Origin: Candidatus Helarchaeota archaeon
GTDB lineage: Archaea; Asgardarchaeota; Lokiarchaeia; Helarchaeales; RDOG01
NCBI GenBank assembly: GCA_019058315.1
Contig: JAHPZH010000002.1
Location: forward strand, 384,001 to 448,000
DNA: 64,000 bases
Direction of reading: 5' to 3'
Within the stretch, counting starts at the first letter, position 1. The number at the start of each line of letters is the position of its first letter. The notes under the pieces were generated by a model. The model saw only the letters and a program-made list of their open reading frames with translations, had not been told where the DNA came from and made no database searches. Positions 59,384 through 64,000 of the stretch are shown piece after piece. The position numbers were made by a program, and so were the translations under genes.

Positions 59384-60745
59384 TCAATTCAGTAGTAATA
59401 AGACTAAATCACTAACATTCGTTCCAGTAGGTCCAGTAAATATAAGGTTATGCCCTAATTCTTTGAAAAATGTATATGAATCGTTATTGTTAAGATAATT
59501 TTCAACTTTCAGTCCCAAATTTTTTGCTACAGAGTAACTGTTATTGTCAATAATAGCACCAGCCGCATCACTATTCCCATCTATTCCATCTGTTCCAATG
59601 GCTAACATAACAGCATGTTTAAAATTTTCCAATTTTTTCGTTGCACCCAAAATTAACTCTTGACATCTACCGCCTTTACCAAGCCCCTTTATTTGAACAG
59701 TTGTTTCACCCCCCGCAATAAATAGGAGCGGTTTTCCGAATTTTGGAATTTTAACATAGATTTCATTAGCCAAATCGATTAATTTTTTACCCATCTCTCT
59801 TGCTTCTCCTTCAACGAATTTAGAAAAAAGAAATGGAGTGATATCTCGTTTATTTGCGAAGTTAAAAACTGCTTTACATGCGGTTTTTAAACTTCCCACG
59901 ACAAAATTTTCTGTTTTAGAAAAACAAGGGTCATTTTTTTTGGGATTTTCTGGAATTACACCCTCTAAGCCTTTTTTAAAATGCTTTCTAATTGAGGGAG
60001 GAGTCTCTTCAAATATTCTATATTTCTCTAAAATTTCTATAGCATTCTGATAGGTACTTTGATCCGGGTATGTAGGACCAGAGGCTATGAATTCTGGAGG
60101 GTATTTTCCGACATCTGAAATTAAAAAGGAAATTATTTTTGCAGGATATAATTGTTTTACTAAATTGCCTCCTTTAAATTTGTCAATATGTTTCCTGACA
60201 ATATTTATCTCTTTAATATCTGCCCCAGAATTTAAAAGTATTTTTGTTAAATCTTGAATATCATCTAAATTAATCCCTTCATAGGGAAAAGTAAGTAAAG
60301 CACTTCCACCTCCACTTATTAATATAAAAATTAAGCTATTTTTTTTAGGAATTATTTTTATTAAATCTAGCAGATGATTTGCTGCTTGAATATTTGTTTT
60401 ACCTGGTATAGGATGCTCTGCCTCTAGAATTTTTATTTTTTCGACATTAATAGTTCGTTTTATATTCCTTGGTACAATTACGATCCCATCTGTAATATTA
60501 CTAGAACCCAAAGTTTTTTCAATTTGTTCAGCCATACCTCCACTTGCTTTACCAAATCCAAGTATGTATATATTGTTATAATCGTCAAATTTTGGAATCT
60601 TGTCAAAAATAAATGATTTTGTTAGTAAATTTGAAATTTCAATTGACTGAAAAGCAATTTCTAATATATTTAACATTATCTTACGCATTTCTCTAATTTT
60701 AGGATTCTGTACTTCCAATAAATTTTCTCTATTTTTTATCGACAT
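59384..60745 (-). CDS. Glycerate 2-kinase (MOFRL family)
   Basis: GFGKA, HPIP, LISGGGSAL, IASGPT, GGETTV, GGRCQE, GTDGIDG, TGPTGTNVSD. Confidence 0.93.
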   Translation of the reverse strand: MSIKNRENLLEVQNPKIREMRKIMLNILEIAFQSIEISNLLTKSFIFDKIPKFDDYNNIYILGFGKASGGMAEQIEKTLGSSNITDGIVIVPRNIKRTINVEKIKILEAEHPIPGKTNIQAANHLLDLIKIIPKKNSLIFILISGGGSALLTFPYEGINLDDIQDLTKILLNSGADIKEINIVRKHIDKFKGGNLVKQLYPAKIISFLISDVGKYPPEFIASGPTYPDQSTYQNAIEILEKYRIFEETPPSIRKHFKKGLEGVIPENPKKNDPCFSKTENFVVGSLKTACKAVFNFANKRDITPFLFSKFVEGEAREMGKKLIDLANEIYVKIPKFGKPLLFIAGGETTVQIKGLGKGGRCQELILGATKKLENFKHAVMLAIGTDGIDGNSDAAGAIIDNNSYSVAKNLGLKVENYLNNNDSYTFFKELGHNLIFTGPTGTNVSDLVLLLLN

Positions 60746-60966
60746 TTAATAAATATTATTTCTTCAAATGTATTTATTTTTCTACTAATTGAAATCTTGT
60801 TTCTGTTATTCCCTATAAAAGGGAAAAAATTTTGTTAATATATTTTGATATGTTAACAAATCATGTTTTATATACCTATTCCGAAGGCTTTTTTTGATTC
60901 AATTTTAGTAAGTATATTAATCTAAATTTAGTGATTAAGCTTAAAAATTCATTTTAAGGTTATTTT

Positions 60967-61317
60967 ATGGATATTACAAGCTATTCTCCACAAAAAAGGG
61001 ACTATGTCCAAAAAATTATTGAAGAAGAACTCTATGATTATGTAACCGATGTTAATAGAAGATGGAATAGCAATATTTTTCCAAGTTCTTCTTTAGCCAA
61101 AGCCCTCTTAAAGAATCTACATGAAGGTCGGAATAAATATCGTAAATATCATACGTTGGTAAAAAAAGTCTTAAATAAATGGGCTACTTTAGGCTTCTGT
61201 AAATTAATTAGTATGACATCTCTTCCTTCTGGGAAAAAGACTAAATTCATTTACCAATTCGAATTTGATAAAATGAAAAAATTTCAAGTTATTAAACTAT
61301 TACCTTTAACAATTTAA
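60967..61317 (+). CDS. Small basic hypothetical protein, possibly winged helix
   Basis: Helices followed by a beta hairpin (GFCKLI...GKKTKFIYQF). Confidence 0.55.
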   Translation: MDITSYSPQKRDYVQKIIEEELYDYVTDVNRRWNSNIFPSSSLAKALLKNLHEGRNKYRKYHTLVKKVLNKWATLGFCKLISMTSLPSGKKTKFIYQFEFDKMKKFQVIKLLPLTI

Positions 61318-61371
61318 ATTTAGAATTTATATTATCTGTAATTAAGAATCTATTTTTCTAAAAATTTGATT

Positions 61372-61719
61372 TTATTTGACTGGATATTGAGTCATTTCCA
61401 CCCATGGATGACCTAAAACAAGTATTATTCCATTCTCTCGAAATTTTTCAGGAAAATCATTTTCAGGCATTATGTAAATATAAAATGAATGCGGATCTAC
61501 TTTATTAGGGATTGAAAATTCAACTGGAATTTCATGTGGTGAATTATCAATACAATAAGATGTTGGAATAACATCTATTCTTTCTTTTAAAAATTTTTCA
61601 TCAATATAATTTCCGCTTAAACTAGGATCAATAAGGATTTTGATATTATTAACTTCATAATTTTTGTCCCATAGCAAAAATACTATATTTATAATTTCTG
61701 TATTCAAAAAAACCACCAA
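61372..61719 (-). CDS. Retropepsin-fold-like protein with a degenerate active-site motif
   Basis: IKILIDPSLSGNYIDEKF and LVLGHPWV resemble ALIDSGAxGNFI and ILGMPWL. Confidence 0.5.
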   Translation of the reverse strand: MVVFLNTEIINIVFLLWDKNYEVNNIKILIDPSLSGNYIDEKFLKERIDVIPTSYCIDNSPHEIPVEFSIPNKVDPHSFYIYIMPENDFPEKFRENGIILVLGHPWVEMTQYPVK

Positions 61720-61808
61720 TTAATAATGAGAAGTGAAATCTATAAATCTTCATTTTGTTAATGTTTTAGATATAAAATCAAATTCTTATATAATTAGAGG
61801 ATTTTTAA

Positions 61809-62375
61809 ATGTCAAAATCCAACGAAATTTCTTCTGATTGGTCTTCTAAATTAAAAAATGTTTTAGAAGAATCGAATTTATTATCAAAGTTTGAAAAATG
61901 TATCACTTGTGGTAAGTGTGTTGGCGATTGTCCCGCTTCTACAGTGTCATCTACTTATAATGTTCGTAAATTAATTCGTGATATGTTATATGGACGGTCA
62001 GATTTATTATTATCAAGTGAAGAGATTTGGGAATGCTTTTTATGCTACACTTGTGAAGTTTTATGTCCAGCTGGATTAAAAATACCCAATTTAATCCATC
62101 TTTTAAGAGAAAAAGCGTTAGAAGAAGGATATGGTTATGATTTGATTCAAGATATTAAACCAATGGGGGAGTATTTTTTAAAAACTGGAACTGTTTTTGA
62201 AAATGTTACAATTAAAAAAGTTAGGGAGAAATTAGGAATACCCAAAAAACGGATAATTACTGAGCAAGCACTCAAAAAATTAAATCAAATATGTGAATCA
62301 ACTGGCTTTATAAATACTATAAAGAATATAGATAAGAAAGTAAAGTCAACTAAAGCTAGAAAAACAAATTATTAG
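61809..62375 (+). CDS. hdrC: Heterodisulfide reductase subunit C
   Basis: CITCGKCVGDCP and WECFLCYTCEVLCP. Confidence 0.92.
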   Translation: MSKSNEISSDWSSKLKNVLEESNLLSKFEKCITCGKCVGDCPASTVSSTYNVRKLIRDMLYGRSDLLLSSEEIWECFLCYTCEVLCPAGLKIPNLIHLLREKALEEGYGYDLIQDIKPMGEYFLKTGTVFENVTIKKVREKLGIPKKRIITEQALKKLNQICESTGFINTIKNIDKKVKSTKARKTNY

Positions 62376-62384
62376 GTTTATGCT

Positions 62385-63299
62385 ATGATAAATTCTGAAA
62401 GATTCGAAAAAATTCCTAAAAATGGTCCATTTTTCCTATTTCGCAGTTGTATGGTGAATGAATTTTATCCTGCCATAGAAACCGCATTTAAAAGAATCCT
62501 TGATGTTTTAAATATTGAATATTATGAATCAGACGATCAAATTTGTTGTGGTGGTGTATTTTCTAATTTCGAGCCGGAGTTATCAACTGCAGCAATAGCG
62601 GCACAGAATTTTAGTGTAATAGAGAAATTTTCAGACCTAATTTTAGTGAATTGTAATGAATGTTTTTCTTCACTTCAAAAGGCAAAAGAATTTTTCGAAG
62701 ATCCAGAAAATAAATCAAAAGTCGATGAAATTTTCAAGAATTTAAATCTTTCATTTAAGAATTCTGTTGAAATTTTTCATGTCACCGAATTTATCTATAA
62801 AAATTTAGATGAAATTAAAAAAAACCTCAAATTAGATTTAAATAAAACTAAAATAGCAACATTTACAGGATGTCACTGGTTAAAGACTCATAAGGATATT
62901 GCTTTAGATAATCCTGAAAATCCAACTATCCTCGATGAAATAGTAGAACGTTTAGGGGGTATCGCGGCACAATATACAGAAAAAACTTTATGCTGTGGTA
63001 TGGGATATATCCAAAAAATAATTCATCCAAATTTATCTTTAGAAATCTCATTTAAAAAATTAAAAAGCATCGATTATGTAAAACCAGATCTTATACTGAC
63101 AATTTGTCCTAATTGTATGTCTGTTTTAGATGCTGCACAAATTCAAATTGAAATTGAAAAAGATATTGAATATCACATTCCTGTTATTCATTTAACACAA
63201 TTAATAGGCTTATGTATGGGTTTGGACCCGTTTAAAGAATTAGCATTGGATTTAAATCATATAGATATAAGTCCATTTTTAAAAAAATTAGATTTATAA
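62385..63299 (+). CDS. hdrB: Heterodisulfide reductase subunit B
   Basis: Two CCG domains (ICCGG...CNEC; GCH...CCGMG...CPNC). Confidence 0.92.
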   Translation: MINSERFEKIPKNGPFFLFRSCMVNEFYPAIETAFKRILDVLNIEYYESDDQICCGGVFSNFEPELSTAAIAAQNFSVIEKFSDLILVNCNECFSSLQKAKEFFEDPENKSKVDEIFKNLNLSFKNSVEIFHVTEFIYKNLDEIKKNLKLDLNKTKIATFTGCHWLKTHKDIALDNPENPTILDEIVERLGGIAAQYTEKTLCCGMGYIQKIIHPNLSLEISFKKLKSIDYVKPDLILTICPNCMSVLDAAQIQIEIEKDIEYHIPVIHLTQLIGLCMGLDPFKELALDLNHIDISPFLKKLDL

Positions 63300-63317
63300 T
63301 AAGTTAAGTGAAAAAGA

Positions 63318-64000
63318 ATGAAAATTGGAGTATTTATCTGCCATTGCGGAGCTAACATTGGTGGCGTAATAGACATTGAAAAAATCAAAGAAGTATTAAA
63401 AGATAAAAAGGATATTTATGTTTTTGACAATCCTTATTCTTGTAGCGAATCAGGACTCTTGGATTTACGAAAAGCTATCGAGGAACATAAGCTAGATCAT
63501 ATTGTAATTGCTGCTTGTTCACCAAAGATGCATGAAAATTTATTCCGAAATATGTTAAGCGAGGTAAATATTAATCCTTTTCTATTGGATATAGCTAATA
63601 TTCGTGAACAAGATTCATGGGTTCATAGATCTCAGCCAGAATTTGCGACTTTAAAAGCAATTGACTTAATAAAAATGGCAATTGAAAAAGTAAAAAAACT
63701 TGAAGCCTTGTCAAAAATAAAAATATCTGTTGAAAAGCAAGCATTAATTATTGGAGGGGGAATTGCTGGAATTAGTGCAGCTTTAAATCTTGCAAATCTA
63801 GGTATTAAAGTCTTTCTTGTCGAAAAAAGTCCCAGTATAGGTGGACATATGGCTATGTATGATAAAACATTTCCTACATTAGATTGCTCAATTTGTATTT
63901 TAGCTCCTTTAATGGTCGAGGCGTCTTTAAATCCGAATATTGAGATTTTGGATTATTCTGAAGTGGAGGAAGTTAAAGGTTATATTGGAAATTTTGAAAT
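63318..64000 (+). CDS. hdrA: Heterodisulfide reductase subunit A (N-terminal part, truncated by the window edge)
   Basis: MKIGVFICHCGANIG, AACSPKMHE, NIREQDSWVH, IGGGIAGISAAL, DKTFPTLDCSICIL. Confidence 0.95.
   Translation, partial: MKIGVFICHCGANIGGVIDIEKIKEVLKDKKDIYVFDNPYSCSESGLLDLRKAIEEHKLDHIVIAACSPKMHENLFRNMLSEVNINPFLLDIANIREQDSWVHRSQPEFATLKAIDLIKMAIEKVKKLEALSKIKISVEKQALIIGGGIAGISAALNLANLGIKVFLVEKSPSIGGHMAMYDKTFPTLDCSICILAPLMVEASLNPNIEILDYSEVEEVKGYIGNFE

Overview
AT-rich archaeal chromosome segment, most likely from an Asgard archaeon (Loki/Hel-like). This is inferred from the combination of an archaeal histone, TBP, archaeal IleRS/ThrRS, thiDN, PSTK and hdrCBA with a Rab-like GTPase, a longin-domain membrane protein, SDS22-type LRRs, WD40/TPR proteins and a prenyltransferase-beta-like protein. 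The left half (1-28 kb) is accessory and rich in repeat proteins. It holds a GH31 glucosidase, two GC-rich 7-bladed surface beta-propellers, three LRR proteins, and a two-gene DUF4139-like cassette present twice, whose four proteins are conserved except for one hypervariable central segment. It also holds an OB-fold gene interrupted at a UUU-UAA shifty stop. At 26.8-28.5 kb a free-standing LAGLIDADG endonuclease gene ends 8 nt from a tRNA missing from the ORF track: a tRNA-Ile(UAU) with three BHB-type introns, directly downstream of ileS. The right half is mostly housekeeping, with a candidate glycolipid/envelope-modification cluster (two GT2s, CDP-alcohol transferase, deacetylase, B12 radical SAM, LuxE-like ligase), a 7TM-longin/Rab-like pair and a divergent pair of nucleotidyltransferase paralogs beside PSTK. 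No CRISPR array, rRNA or transposase was seen. All calls come from reading motifs by eye; no searches were run.
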